DNA from: Clostridiaceae bacterium UBA4839
Lineage (GTDB): Bacteria; Bacillota; Clostridia; Clostridiales; Caloramatoraceae
Direction of reading: 5' to 3'
DNA: 47,362 bases
NCBI GenBank assembly: GCA_002400085.1
Contig: DHEX01000138.1
Location: forward strand, 1-47,362
The position numbers and the translations under genes were made by a program. The notes beneath the pieces are model-generated. The model searched no databases, was not told the origin of the DNA, and saw only the letters and a program-made list of their open reading frames with translations. How positions within the stretch are numbered: the stretch's first letter is position 1; each line of letters starts with the position of its first letter. Of the stretch, positions 27,439 through 37,567 are shown one piece after another.

Positions 27439-28764
27439 CTACCATGAATGTTCTATTATATTTTGTTCAGCTAAAACCTTTCTTAGGCTTAGCATAGCAG
27501 TATAAGTTGAAAAAATATAGACATATTTGCAGTTATCACATTTTTTAATTTTTTCTACAAGCATATCTATTGTATCGCATATATCATCGCAATGTAAATT
27601 GTATCCAGCCACATTTAATCTGACTGCCATATCATATCTTCTCGATCCAGAAACAAAGATATTATTATAGTCTGTAAATGTATTTTCAAAATCCACATCC
27701 CAAATCCAAGATATATCCCTGCCATCTGCATAATCATCATTAAGAATAAAGCATCCGCACTTATCCTCCTTATTGTAAGTTGGAATCATTAAGCCTTGAT
27801 TAAAGCCAGCAGGATTTTTTACAAGAATAATTTTTATTTCCTTATTATCATACATAAAACTTTCAGTCCTGCCAAATCTTGCCTTATAGGACTTAATAGA
27901 TTTTTTCAATATTTCAGGTTTAACGCCTATCTCCATTGCAACTGCAGCTGCAGCTAATATGTTATATACGTTGTATAAGCCTCCAATATTTGCCTCAATA
28001 AAAATAGTATCATTTATTTTAAAATTAACATGATCATCATCTTTAATATTTATATTACTCACATAATACTTAAGCTGAGGCCTCTTATATCCGCATTTCG
28101 GGCATTTATATTTTCCAAGATGATTATAAGTATAAAACTCATAGTCGTATTTTGCTCTGCATTTTACGCAAAACTGACCTTCAACGTTTGACTTTTCTTC
28201 CCTGTAAGAATGAGGGTTTTGGTTAAACCCAAAATAAACTTTTTTACCTTCTATATCCCCAAACAGCGGCTCATCACCATTTAAAACCATTTTTATATTA
28301 GGAAGCTTTTTTATGCCATCTTTTATTTTCCTTAGTGTAGTATATATTTCTCCATATCTGTCAAGCTGATCCTTAAATATATTTGTACATACTATATATT
28401 CAGCTTTAGCAATAGAAGTATAAAGCGGCACATTTGCTTCATCTATCTCTATAACTGCGTACTTTTTTTCCTTATCACTTTCATGGGCTATAAAAAGTGT
28501 TGTTATCCCAGGAAGCATATTGGCACCTGTCGCATTATGTATTACAGGATAACCTGAATCCCTAAGTATCTTAGCCAAAATAGATGCCGTAGTTGTTTTC
28601 CCATTGGTCCCTGTTACCAATATAACCTTATACTTATCAGACAATGATTTTAAAATAGATTTATTACATTTAAGGGCAACTTTCCCGGGGTAACTTGAAC
28701 CCATATGAAAAACAGAAAGAACTTTTTGCATTAACTTACAGCCTTTAATAACAATATAGTCCAT
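27439..28764 (-). CDS. murT: Lipid II isoglutaminyl synthase, Mur-ligase subunit
   Basis: GTNGKTTT P-loop and a Cys4 ribbon (CVKC...CPKC). I trimmed the start to the ATG at 28764. Confidence 0.85.
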   Translation of the reverse strand: MDYIVIKGCKLMQKVLSVFHMGSSYPGKVALKCNKSILKSLSDKYKVILVTGTNGKTTTASILAKILRDSGYPVIHNATGANMLPGITTLFIAHESDKEKKYAVIEIDEANVPLYTSIAKAEYIVCTNIFKDQLDRYGEIYTTLRKIKDGIKKLPNIKMVLNGDEPLFGDIEGKKVYFGFNQNPHSYREEKSNVEGQFCVKCRAKYDYEFYTYNHLGKYKCPKCGYKRPQLKYYVSNINIKDDDHVNFKINDTIFIEANIGGLYNVYNILAAAAVAMEIGVKPEILKKSIKSYKARFGRTESFMYDNKEIKIILVKNPAGFNQGLMIPTYNKEDKCGCFILNDDYADGRDISWIWDVDFENTFTDYNNIFVSGSRRYDMAVRLNVAGYNLHCDDICDTIDMLVEKIKKCDNCKYVYIFSTYTAMLSLRKVLAEQNIIEHSW

Positions 28765-28874
28765 ATAACTATCTCCAATCAATTTCAACAATATTCCTTA
28801 CATAAAAATTTTAATGTAATTTACAGCGTAAATCAACTTATAATGGCATTGTTAACATATTCTTTTTATTTTAT

Positions 28875-30095
28875 TTATGTATATTGTTCTAATATATTTT
28901 CAAACTTCTTAGTAATTTTTTCCCTATCGAAGTTTTCTTCTATACACTTGCGCCCATTTTTACCACATTTTTCTCTTAGATCAGCATTGTTATAAAGCTT
29001 TAATACAGCTTCACTAATCTCCTTAGCATTTTCCGGCTCTACGCAGATACCTGATTTTGCATTTTCTACTAATTCCTTTGCCTCACCTTCAACAGATAAA
29101 ATAATAGGTACATTTGATGCCATAGTTTCAAACATCTTTGATGGAAGAGCTCCTTTAAATAAATCCAATTTTTTTAATGGAACCAGTGCACAGTCAAAGG
29201 ATGCCACTATCCCGGGCATATTTTTCTTAGGCTGTACAGGTAAAAACATGACATTGTTTAATCCGTATTTCTCTTTTAAATTCATAAGCATAGGTTTTTC
29301 AGGCCCATCCCCAACAAAAACGAACATTATATCCTTGCAATCCTTTAATAAGTTTGCTGCTTCTATTATTGTTTCAAGCTTTTGTGCTATTCCATGAATC
29401 CCAGCATATCCTACTATGAATTTGTTTTCTAATCCGTTATTTTTTATGAATTCCCTATTTATTTTATCTTTTCCAAATAAGTTTAAATCTACACCATTTG
29501 TAATTAAATAAGTTTTATCTTTAAATCCTCTTGAAGAAATATTTTCTACAATACCACGAGTTTGTCCAGTAATTATATCTGCTTTTTTATACGAAAACTC
29601 CTCAAGCCATACAGACATTTTTATAAGCAGCTTATTATGGAGGACTCCAAGCTTAATTGCAGATTCAGGCCAAAGGTCAGAAACATTAAAAACATATTTG
29701 CAGTGTAGTTTTTTCGCAATTTTATATCCTGACCATCCTAAAAATAGGGGTGGTGATTCAACAACTAGTACATCAATATGATCGTGTACCTGTTTTAATC
29801 CACTTCTTACACTTGACAGCGTAAATGAAAAATAATTCCTAAGCCTTTTACAAAAGCTCTTATCCTTTGTTGCATATATGGATGTTCTTATTATATGTAT
29901 CCCATTATAATCTTCAATAACAAGTTTTTTCCCCTTATATCCATCATATATTTCACCTATAGGATAATTAGGCATAGCAGTAATTACACTTATATTATGC
30001 CCATTATCCTTAAGCCTTTTTGCAAATTCATATATTCTGTTTTGCGGTGCTCCCACCTCAGGAGGAAAATATTGTGTTAAAAATAAAATATTCAA
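28875..30095 (-). CDS. Family-4 glycosyltransferase (WbuB-like)
   Basis: N-terminal ILFLTQYFPPEVGAPQ and a C-terminal E-x7-E region. A TTG start at 30095 is likely. Confidence 0.8.
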   Translation of the reverse strand: MNILFLTQYFPPEVGAPQNRIYEFAKRLKDNGHNISVITAMPNYPIGEIYDGYKGKKLVIEDYNGIHIIRTSIYATKDKSFCKRLRNYFSFTLSSVRSGLKQVHDHIDVLVVESPPLFLGWSGYKIAKKLHCKYVFNVSDLWPESAIKLGVLHNKLLIKMSVWLEEFSYKKADIITGQTRGIVENISSRGFKDKTYLITNGVDLNLFGKDKINREFIKNNGLENKFIVGYAGIHGIAQKLETIIEAANLLKDCKDIMFVFVGDGPEKPMLMNLKEKYGLNNVMFLPVQPKKNMPGIVASFDCALVPLKKLDLFKGALPSKMFETMASNVPIILSVEGEAKELVENAKSGICVEPENAKEISEAVLKLYNNADLREKCGKNGRKCIEENFDREKITKKFENILEQYT

Positions 30096-30113
30096 ATCAA
30101 CCACCTCTGTAAT

Positions 30114-31301
30114 CTACTTTTTATTGTTAGTACTATTAGGTTTAATATCATTTGCACAATAAACTATATTTTTAAACAGCTTTTCTGATGTTAAGTTAGA
30201 ATCACCTGAGCGAATTCTAAGTACATACTTTGATTTGGAATTATATTTGTTATATCCAATGGCTGTAGTAATAAAATACTTGTATCCGCATTTTTTAGAT
30301 AATTCAACAAGCCTTTTGTTGTAATTTCCAAATGGGAAACAAATCATATCAGGATAAGTGCCTGTATATTCATATATAAGCCTTCTTGATGTATTTAAAT
30401 CTTCAGTAACCCTTTTAACAATACTTTCATCAGTTTCATAAGTATTATCTTTAGGATTATATATCTTATATGCTAATTTCCCACCCATTTTATTCTCTGG
30501 GCCTATTACTACATAATCATGTCCCTCATGAGAATGAGATTGTATATCAATAATGCCGCTGTCGTACATTTCATTTATTTCATTTTTACTTAAAGGATTA
30601 AAATCATTTGATGACGGGCTATAGCTTTCAACCCTTGAAGTAATAACAAAGTTAACGGCAGGCATATTATATTCTTTTAAGAGAGGATATGCATATTTAT
30701 AAAAACTTTCAATACCATCATCAAAAGTTATTGCAACAGCATTTTTAGGAAGGGGCTTAGTGCCTTCCATAGAATTTAAAACCTGCCTTAAACTTATTAC
30801 ATTAAATCCGTTGTCCCTTAGCATTTTTAAATCTGATTCAAACCTTTCCGGACTTATAGTGATGCTGCTAAAGGGTTTTGAGCTTATATGATGATAAGTA
30901 AGCACTACCGCCTTGTTTTCATAATAAACCCCATCCTTATACATCTTTTTAATATCAATTTCTTCTTGGGATGATTTTCCACTGCCCTTTGAAGAATCAG
31001 CTTTATTATTATCTGTTTTATTGCTGCCTTCAGACTGGTTAGATTTATTGTTTTCTGTTTTATTGCTGCCTTCAAACTGATTTGATTTATTACTATCTGT
31101 TTTATTGTCTTCATGGGCAGAATTCATCTTAGCATCTTCCTTATCAGAACCTGCTTTAGTCCCTTGTTCTTTATCTTTTTTTTCATCTAAAGTTATATCT
31201 TTCTTATAATCAACCGAATCACTATTATTTTTATTTGGTTTTTTACAAGAAGTGAAAGCTACCATTACTATAATTAAAAAAACAAAAAGACTTTTCTTCA
31301 T
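30114..31301 (-). CDS. Polysaccharide deacetylase lipoprotein with a repetitive Asn/Lys/Ser-rich linker
   Basis: Lipobox AFTSC, NodB motif ITFDDG and HSH. Confidence 0.8.
   Translation of the reverse strand: MKKSLFVFLIIVMVAFTSCKKPNKNNSDSVDYKKDITLDEKKDKEQGTKAGSDKEDAKMNSAHEDNKTDSNKSNQFEGSNKTENNKSNQSEGSNKTDNNKADSSKGSGKSSQEEIDIKKMYKDGVYYENKAVVLTYHHISSKPFSSITISPERFESDLKMLRDNGFNVISLRQVLNSMEGTKPLPKNAVAITFDDGIESFYKYAYPLLKEYNMPAVNFVITSRVESYSPSSNDFNPLSKNEINEMYDSGIIDIQSHSHEGHDYVVIGPENKMGGKLAYKIYNPKDNTYETDESIVKRVTEDLNTSRRLIYEYTGTYPDMICFPFGNYNKRLVELSKKCGYKYFITTAIGYNKYNSKSKYVLRIRSGDSNLTSEKLFKNIVYCANDIKPNSTNNKK
31013..31112. repeat. In-frame 42-bp tandem repeat (about 2.4 copies) inside the deacetylase linker
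   Basis: Units 31013-31054 and 31055-31096 plus a partial third unit. They encode GSNKT(E/D)NNKSNQ(S/F)E-like 14-aa units. Confidence 0.8.
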
Positions 31302-32017
31302 TTTCCCCTCTCCAATGCAACTTTTGCTAAAAATTTAGGGAGCACTGACATTCTTTTTATTCTCCATGGCTCCTTAATCAGCCTGTATAACCACTCAAGT
31401 CCCATGCTGCACATCCATTTAGGAGCTCTTTTTATATTCCCGCATATTACATCATAACTTCCCCCAACGCCCATGAGAAATGGAATATTAAGAGCATCCA
31501 TATTTTTTTTAATCCAATATTCCTGCTTTGGGCTTCCCATGGCAATAAATAAAATATCCGGACTAAATGTTTTAATATAATTTACCACTTCTTCATCCTC
31601 TTTGAAATATCCATCCCTTGTTCCCACAATATTTAGTCCAGCATATCTTTCCATTAGGATTTTTGAAGCCTCTTCTGCCACACCCGGCTTTGCTCCAAGC
31701 AAAAATACTTTATATCCCTTTTTTGCAGACATATCACATATATTTTGCATCAAATCTATGCCAGTAACCCTTTTTTTAATATCCCCTTTTTTAAATTTAG
31801 AAGCATAAACAATTCCAATTCCATCAGGTATTTGTAAATCAGCACTGTTAATTAGCTCTTTTAATTTTTCATCCTTTTGGGCTTTCATAATCTTTTCAGG
31901 ATTTATAGCTACTAAAAAGGATGGTTTTCTATTTTTTATTATCACATCTATTTCACTTAAAGCTTTTTCCATATCAATTGCACAAACATCTACCCCTAAA
32001 TAATTTTCTTTTTTCAT
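31298..32017 (-). CDS. tagA: WecB/TagA/CpsF-family glycosyltransferase (ManNAc/ManNAcA transferase-like)
   Basis: 239 aa with family-typical GSPKQE and GVGGSYD motifs. Confidence 0.8.
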   Translation of the reverse strand: MKKENYLGVDVCAIDMEKALSEIDVIIKNRKPSFLVAINPEKIMKAQKDEKLKELINSADLQIPDGIGIVYASKFKKGDIKKRVTGIDLMQNICDMSAKKGYKVFLLGAKPGVAEEASKILMERYAGLNIVGTRDGYFKEDEEVVNYIKTFSPDILFIAMGSPKQEYWIKKNMDALNIPFLMGVGGSYDVICGNIKRAPKWMCSMGLEWLYRLIKEPWRIKRMSVLPKFLAKVALERGK

Positions 32018-33141
32018 TTTTTCTCTCCTGTTAGTATATAGTTATAAATTCTAATATATGAATTAGCAAAATTTTCAAGGGAATATAGCTTCTTTGCCTT
32101 GTTATAAATTCTATCCCCAAAAATCACTGCTTTATTATTATCGTTTAAAAGCTCAAGCATTCTTTTCGATAGAGTTTCCTTATCCTTAGGCTCTACCAAA
32201 TAGCCGTTAAATCCATCTTCAATTAAATCTGAAATCCCACCTACATTTGTCGATATAACAGGTTTTTTATAATATGCTGACTCCAAAATAGACAGTGGAA
32301 AGCTTTCAGTATAAGAAGTAAGCACTGTAAAATCCGAAATGCTATAAAACTCATCAGGTTTTTGAAATCCTAAAAATGAAACATTGTTAGATATCCCCAA
32401 ATTATCAGCATAAGCTTTTAAATCAGAAAGTATATCTCCCTCTCCAACAATTAAAAACTGAACATCGCTAAATTGTCTTAATACTATATTTATGGAGTCT
32501 AAAAACACTTTATGACCCTTTACAGGATGAAGCCTTGCAACCATTGAAACATAGTGTTTCCTATAAGGCAAATTATATTTACTCACTACATCATTTATAT
32601 TAAAAGTTTCCCTTTGTTTATCAAAATCTATACCATTATATACAACCATAATTTTACTGCTGTCAAATCCTCTTTGAATTAGCATATTTTTAAAAGTATT
32701 TGATACAGTTATATAATAATCAAAGCTTTTAAGTGCATTTTTATTTATGTTGCTGTATACAATAGTTTTATATCTATTTCCTTTATAGTCCTCTTTATAA
32801 TCACTATGTATGGTTGAAACATATTTAGCATTATATTTATTTTTGTTTTTTAATAAAGCACCTAAAAAATTTGCTCTTCCGCCATGGCAATTTATAATAT
32901 CAATATTTTCATTTTGACATATTCTTTGTATTTCATCTACAACGCTTAAATCCATCCTGTTCTTTTGCTTTATTAGTCTAACATCAATTCCACAAGCTTT
33001 AGCTTCTTTATATAATTCACCATCCATCAGTGTTACTACAATGTTTTTAATTTCTTTATTTTTTAGCTCATTTGATAAGCTTATAAGATGCTTTTTAGAG
33101 CCCCCAACTTCCCCGCCGCTTATAATATGAAGAATTCTCAT
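32014..33141 (-). CDS. Family-4 glycosyltransferase
   Basis: N-terminal GGEVGGSKKH and a C-terminal GT1/GT4 domain (ESFPLSILESA). Confidence 0.8.
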   Translation of the reverse strand: MRILHIISGGEVGGSKKHLISLSNELKNKEIKNIVVTLMDGELYKEAKACGIDVRLIKQKNRMDLSVVDEIQRICQNENIDIINCHGGRANFLGALLKNKNKYNAKYVSTIHSDYKEDYKGNRYKTIVYSNINKNALKSFDYYITVSNTFKNMLIQRGFDSSKIMVVYNGIDFDKQRETFNINDVVSKYNLPYRKHYVSMVARLHPVKGHKVFLDSINIVLRQFSDVQFLIVGEGDILSDLKAYADNLGISNNVSFLGFQKPDEFYSISDFTVLTSYTESFPLSILESAYYKKPVISTNVGGISDLIEDGFNGYLVEPKDKETLSKRMLELLNDNNKAVIFGDRIYNKAKKLYSLENFANSYIRIYNYILTGEKK

Positions 33142-33156
33142 AGCACTACTACCTCC

Positions 33157-33190
33157 AAAAAATAAAGGGTAAGTTTTTACTCACCCCTTA
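33157..33190 (-). terminator. Terminator-like hairpin inside the glycan locus
   Basis: Minus strand aaggggtgagt-aaaa-acttaccctt followed by tatttttt, immediately before the ggagg RBS of the next gene. Confidence 0.4.
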
Positions 33191-33241
33191 TTATATTATT
33201 AATTTTTAAAATCTACAAACAGCATTTCTATATTTTTAAAA

Positions 33242-34567
33242 TTATAACGATTTATAAATTATGTTGTTCTTTTTAAACTTACTTACATATTTTGAGAATA
33301 AATTCCTTGTATCCAATATTATTGTGCCGGGCTTTAAATTCTTTATCAAATCATCAATATTTAAATCATCAAATTCCTTTTGCTTTGCTAAAATCATAAC
33401 TGCATCCTTATCACTTACAGCTTGTTTTAAACTATTTACTTTAAAATCATATTTTGAAGGTACTACAGGGTCATAAGCTTCAACTTTTAAGCAGCGCTCT
33501 TTTAATATCTTTGCTATTTCAATAGGAGGACTAATTCTATCATCATTAGAATAGTCTTTCATAGCAATTCCTAAAATTCCAACTTTCATATTTTTAAGCT
33601 CTTTCCCTGCTGATTTTGCTTGTCCATCCAACATATCTACAATAGTTTCAGGAAGCATTTCGTTTTTATGCCTGCATAATTTTAAGATGTCAAGGCTTAC
33701 TCCAGCCTCTTTAGCCTTAGGTTCAATATAATAATATGCATTTGGAATACAGTATCCGCCCACACCTGGGCCTGGTGTTAAAAGCTTAACCCTTTTATGT
33801 GTATTGGCAACATTTACTACTTCAAATGTATCAATTCCTATAGCCTCACAAAATCTTGCAAATTCCTGAACCATAGCTATATTAACATCCCTTTGCACGT
33901 TTTCAAAAACTTTTGACGTCTCAACAACTTTAATACAGCTTGCAGTAATTATTTCCGTTTTACATACTACTGATAATAATTCTTTTGCTCTTTTAGCACT
34001 TTCGCTATTTATACCTGCTACAACAGTGGGCATATACGCAAATTCTTCAAAAGCTTTGCCTTCTGCAATTCTCTCTGATGAATAAGCAAGGAAGAAATCC
34101 TTACCAGCTTTCATGTGGGATTCTTCTTCAAGGGCAGGAAGAATTATTTCCTCAGTAGTTCCAGGGATAACTGTACTTCTAATTACAATAAGGTCTCCCT
34201 TTTTAAGTTTTTTCCCGATTTTTCTGCAGCAGTCCAATAAATCGCTTAACTCATATTCACCATTTTTTATTGGAATTCCTACAGTTACAATAATATTATT
34301 GCATACATCCATTGCTTCATTAAAATCTAAAGTAGCCCTATATCTCTTATTTTTTAATTCATCATTTAATATTTCCCTTATGCCCTTATCTTCAAATTTT
34401 TCTGTATGATATGTTATACCATTATTGATCTCATTTACAAGTTTCTCTACCACATCAACACCATAAACATTGCATCCCCTTAATGCAAAGGATAATGAAA
34501 GTGGAAGCCCTACATAGCCCTGCCCAAATATTGCTACATTTTTATACTCATCTTTAACCTCACTCAT
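33242..34567 (-). CDS. Nucleotide-sugar dehydrogenase (UDP-ManNAc dehydrogenase-like)
   Basis: Rossmann motif IFGQGYVGLP and catalytic-Cys region GGYCIP. A wecB-type epimerase sits in the same locus. Confidence 0.75.
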   Translation of the reverse strand: MSEVKDEYKNVAIFGQGYVGLPLSLSFALRGCNVYGVDVVEKLVNEINNGITYHTEKFEDKGIREILNDELKNKRYRATLDFNEAMDVCNNIIVTVGIPIKNGEYELSDLLDCCRKIGKKLKKGDLIVIRSTVIPGTTEEIILPALEEESHMKAGKDFFLAYSSERIAEGKAFEEFAYMPTVVAGINSESAKRAKELLSVVCKTEIITASCIKVVETSKVFENVQRDVNIAMVQEFARFCEAIGIDTFEVVNVANTHKRVKLLTPGPGVGGYCIPNAYYYIEPKAKEAGVSLDILKLCRHKNEMLPETIVDMLDGQAKSAGKELKNMKVGILGIAMKDYSNDDRISPPIEIAKILKERCLKVEAYDPVVPSKYDFKVNSLKQAVSDKDAVMILAKQKEFDDLNIDDLIKNLKPGTIILDTRNLFSKYVSKFKKNNIIYKSL

Positions 34568-35807
34568 TTGTTACCTCCTCATTTTCAAGCAAATATCCTT
34601 TATATAAAAGCGCAGTTAAAATCCATACAAATACATTTAGCTGCGGTATAAACATTAAATTATTAAAAAAGTTTTGAAATAAATATGCTCCCCAAAATCC
34701 AAGACCTGCTAATGCAATATTTTTATATTTAGTCTTGCTGTTTTTATATACAACATATGTTAAATGGGCCAGCGATAAATATACTCCTAAAAAGCTTACA
34801 ATACCTAATATCCCAAGCTCAGCCATAATTTTTATATATGAGTTATGTGTAGACGTTAAGTTCTCATTTGTAAGCCTAAGCTCATGATATGAGTCCACAA
34901 AACTTTTATAATAAACTTGATAGTTTCCAAGACCCCATCCTCTAATTTTATTAGCTTTAAACATAGTATAACCAGTTTTCCAAAGTGTCAGCCTTTCACG
35001 ATTTGTATCTGCACTAAAATTAAATATTGATAAGAATCTGTTTCTTGTTATAGGCATAGCATATGCTGCCAAAGCCCCTGCAGGTATAACAAAAAGCATT
35101 TTTCTATATTTTACAATACTCAATACTATTATACCAACTACAAATCCCATCCAAGAACCACGAGTAAAAGTTAGTACTAAATTAACTAAAAATAATAGTG
35201 CTATAGAAATATTTAACTTTCTATCCTCGTCTTCAATAGATTCAATAATAGGATAAAATATAATCATATTAACTGCTGCACCCCAATAGTTAGGATTTAC
35301 AAATGTGGAATATACTCTCCCTCTATGAAGCGGTACACTTGGGCTATAGAAGCTTGAAAAATCAAACGCAAACTGGAAAATTCCAAATATAGCAGCAAAT
35401 ATCATAGTACAATATATTACTGTAAATCCACGCCTTACAAAATCCTTATCAGCAATAATCATGATCAAATAAAAAATAATAACATATTCTAAAAATCTTA
35501 ATACCTCTGAAATAGCTGCTTTTTTGCTAAAGGAATAAGTAATTGAGATTGTCCCTAAAATTATAAACGATAATATAAAAATACTTAAAATCTTAAAATG
35601 TTTATCCTTAAATAAACTTTTTATTTCATCCTTAGTATTCTTATAGTCATAAATCAAATAGGCAAGCCCAATAACTATTGCAAGACCACCAATTAATGAA
35701 TCTGAAGCAATTGGGAAAAAAGCATTTTTAAGTTTAATAGGAACCAATGGAACAATTATAAAAAAAGAATACATTAAAATATGAAATAATCTTTTTAACC
35801 ACATCAT
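34560..35807 (-). CDS. O-antigen ligase/polymerase family (Wzy_C) membrane protein
   Basis: About 11 TM segments, with the TRGSWMG loop typical of the family. Confidence 0.75.
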   Translation of the reverse strand: MMWLKRLFHILMYSFFIIVPLVPIKLKNAFFPIASDSLIGGLAIVIGLAYLIYDYKNTKDEIKSLFKDKHFKILSIFILSFIILGTISITYSFSKKAAISEVLRFLEYVIIFYLIMIIADKDFVRRGFTVIYCTMIFAAIFGIFQFAFDFSSFYSPSVPLHRGRVYSTFVNPNYWGAAVNMIIFYPIIESIEDEDRKLNISIALLFLVNLVLTFTRGSWMGFVVGIIVLSIVKYRKMLFVIPAGALAAYAMPITRNRFLSIFNFSADTNRERLTLWKTGYTMFKANKIRGWGLGNYQVYYKSFVDSYHELRLTNENLTSTHNSYIKIMAELGILGIVSFLGVYLSLAHLTYVVYKNSKTKYKNIALAGLGFWGAYLFQNFFNNLMFIPQLNVFVWILTALLYKGYLLENEEVTNE

Positions 35808-35828
35808 AAGCCCTCCATTTAAAAACTT

Positions 35829-36482
35829 TTAATAAGCCCCTTCCCTGGTAAAAACAACTTTAATTGTTTTAAAAAATATTTTAAAATCCATAGCCAATGA
35901 AAATTTTTCTATATATTCAATATCATAATTAATTGTTTCTGATAGTTCTAAGTTTCCCCTGCCATTTACCTGCGCAAGGCCTGAAACACCTGGTTTCATT
36001 AAAAGCCTTATCTTATCCCTATCAGAATATGATTTTACTATTTCTTGTATCTCAGGTCTTGGTCCAATGAGGCTCATATCACCCTTTATTATATTTATAA
36101 GCTGAGGAAGCTCATCTAAACTTGTTTTTCTTAAAAACTTACCGCTTCTTGTTATTCTTGGGTCATCCTTTTCCTGAAATACAAACGTATCCTTATTATC
36201 TTCATTTACTTCTTTATTAAACATTTTATCTGCGTTTTTTACCATACTCCTAAATTTATATATAGTGAACTCTTCCCCATCTTTTCCCACTCTAATTTGT
36301 TTAAATATTGCTCCTCCAGGGGAATCAATGCTTATCCATATTATTAAAATTAAAAATAATGGGCTTAGCAATATTAATAAAAAAATCGAAAAAACTATAT
36401 CAAAAAATCTTTTTATTAAAAGTTGAATTCTTTTATGATTAAGTTCACTTTTTATCTCATTAATTATTTTTTCTGATTCCAT
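35829..36482 (-). CDS. Small monotopic phosphoglycosyl transferase (bacterial sugar transferase, PglC-like)
   Basis: SLDELPQLINIIKGDMSLIGPRP motif, 217 aa. Confidence 0.9.
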   Translation of the reverse strand: MESEKIINEIKSELNHKRIQLLIKRFFDIVFSIFLLILLSPLFLILIIWISIDSPGGAIFKQIRVGKDGEEFTIYKFRSMVKNADKMFNKEVNEDNKDTFVFQEKDDPRITRSGKFLRKTSLDELPQLINIIKGDMSLIGPRPEIQEIVKSYSDRDKIRLLMKPGVSGLAQVNGRGNLELSETINYDIEYIEKFSLAMDFKIFFKTIKVVFTREGAY

Positions 36483-36498
36483 ATGTAAACCTCCGCAT

Positions 36499-37563
36499 TT
36501 AAATCAGCTTTAAGTACTCCTCCTCAACATATTTCATATTGTTTTCCCAAAGTGCCTTGCTGCTAATAATATCTTTATTTATTGCTAAAGCCTTTTGTCT
36601 TAATTCTTCATTTAAAATAGCATTTTTCATTGCTGATTTTAATGTTTTTTCATTGATTTCATTTATTACCAATCCATTATAATTATCTTGAATCCATTCA
36701 GTATTGGCAGGTATATTGGATACTATATTAAAAGAACCGCAAGCCATAGATTCTAACAATGTCACTGAAGTTGAATCTGAATCTGGAATAGAAATATTCA
36801 ATTGTGCTTTAGCTAAAAGCTCTATAAGCTCTTCCCTTTGCACAAAACCTTTTACAATTACCCTATCTTCAATTCCTAACTTTAAAATAAGGCTCTTAAT
36901 ATTTTCCATTTCAGTACCGTCATTAGTTATAATAAGCTTTATATTGTTCATCTTTTCTTCCTTTATTAGTAAGTAAAAAGCTTTAATAATAACATCTATA
37001 TTGGAATTCTTATTTACCGTTCTTAAACTTAATATATTTATTTCATCCTTATTTTCTTTTCTTTCCACGTTTAATAATTCCTTTTCAATTCCCATGGGCA
37101 CAGTTAAAATATTCTTTTTATTAACTAACTTTTTAATTTCATTACTCATAAACTCTGAATCAGATGTAATAAGATCAGCATTTTTTAATGCTTTTTTAGT
37201 AATAAATTTATACAAAAAATTTTTATTCGGCGTTACCAGTATATCAGTGCCCCATGCTGAAATAACTAATGGGCATATTTTTGTAATACTTGCTATAAAA
37301 CCATAGCTTGTAACATAGTGAGCATTTACAATATCAGGCTTTATATCCTTCAATTCTTTTTTAATTTTATTCAATGAGAAAATATATTTATAATTCCCTC
37401 CATCTGAGTTTATATCATAATTACCTATCTTATGAACTGCTACCCCATTTACATCAGAATCAGTAAAAGTAATAAGATGAACCTCATGGTTTTTACTTAC
37501 AAAATAATTAAGCCATCTTTTTAAATGGACACTGCTCCCATCACCTATAAAGCATATTTTCAT
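36499..37563 (-). CDS. Family-4 glycosyltransferase
   Basis: GT-B C-terminal domain (DSTSVTLLESMACG). I trimmed the start to the ATG at 37563. Confidence 0.75.
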   Translation of the reverse strand: MKICFIGDGSSVHLKRWLNYFVSKNHEVHLITFTDSDVNGVAVHKIGNYDINSDGGNYKYIFSLNKIKKELKDIKPDIVNAHYVTSYGFIASITKICPLVISAWGTDILVTPNKNFLYKFITKKALKNADLITSDSEFMSNEIKKLVNKKNILTVPMGIEKELLNVERKENKDEINILSLRTVNKNSNIDVIIKAFYLLIKEEKMNNIKLIITNDGTEMENIKSLILKLGIEDRVIVKGFVQREELIELLAKAQLNISIPDSDSTSVTLLESMACGSFNIVSNIPANTEWIQDNYNGLVINEINEKTLKSAMKNAILNEELRQKALAINKDIISSKALWENNMKYVEEEYLKLI

Positions 37564-37567
37564 ATAA

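Noticed and set aside
28821-28845. Short B-like fragment (taatgtaatttacagcgtaaatc) upstream of murT
   Set aside because: Only about 12 nt resemble the B 'aaattacagcgg' segment, which is too short to separate from chance in AT-rich DNA.
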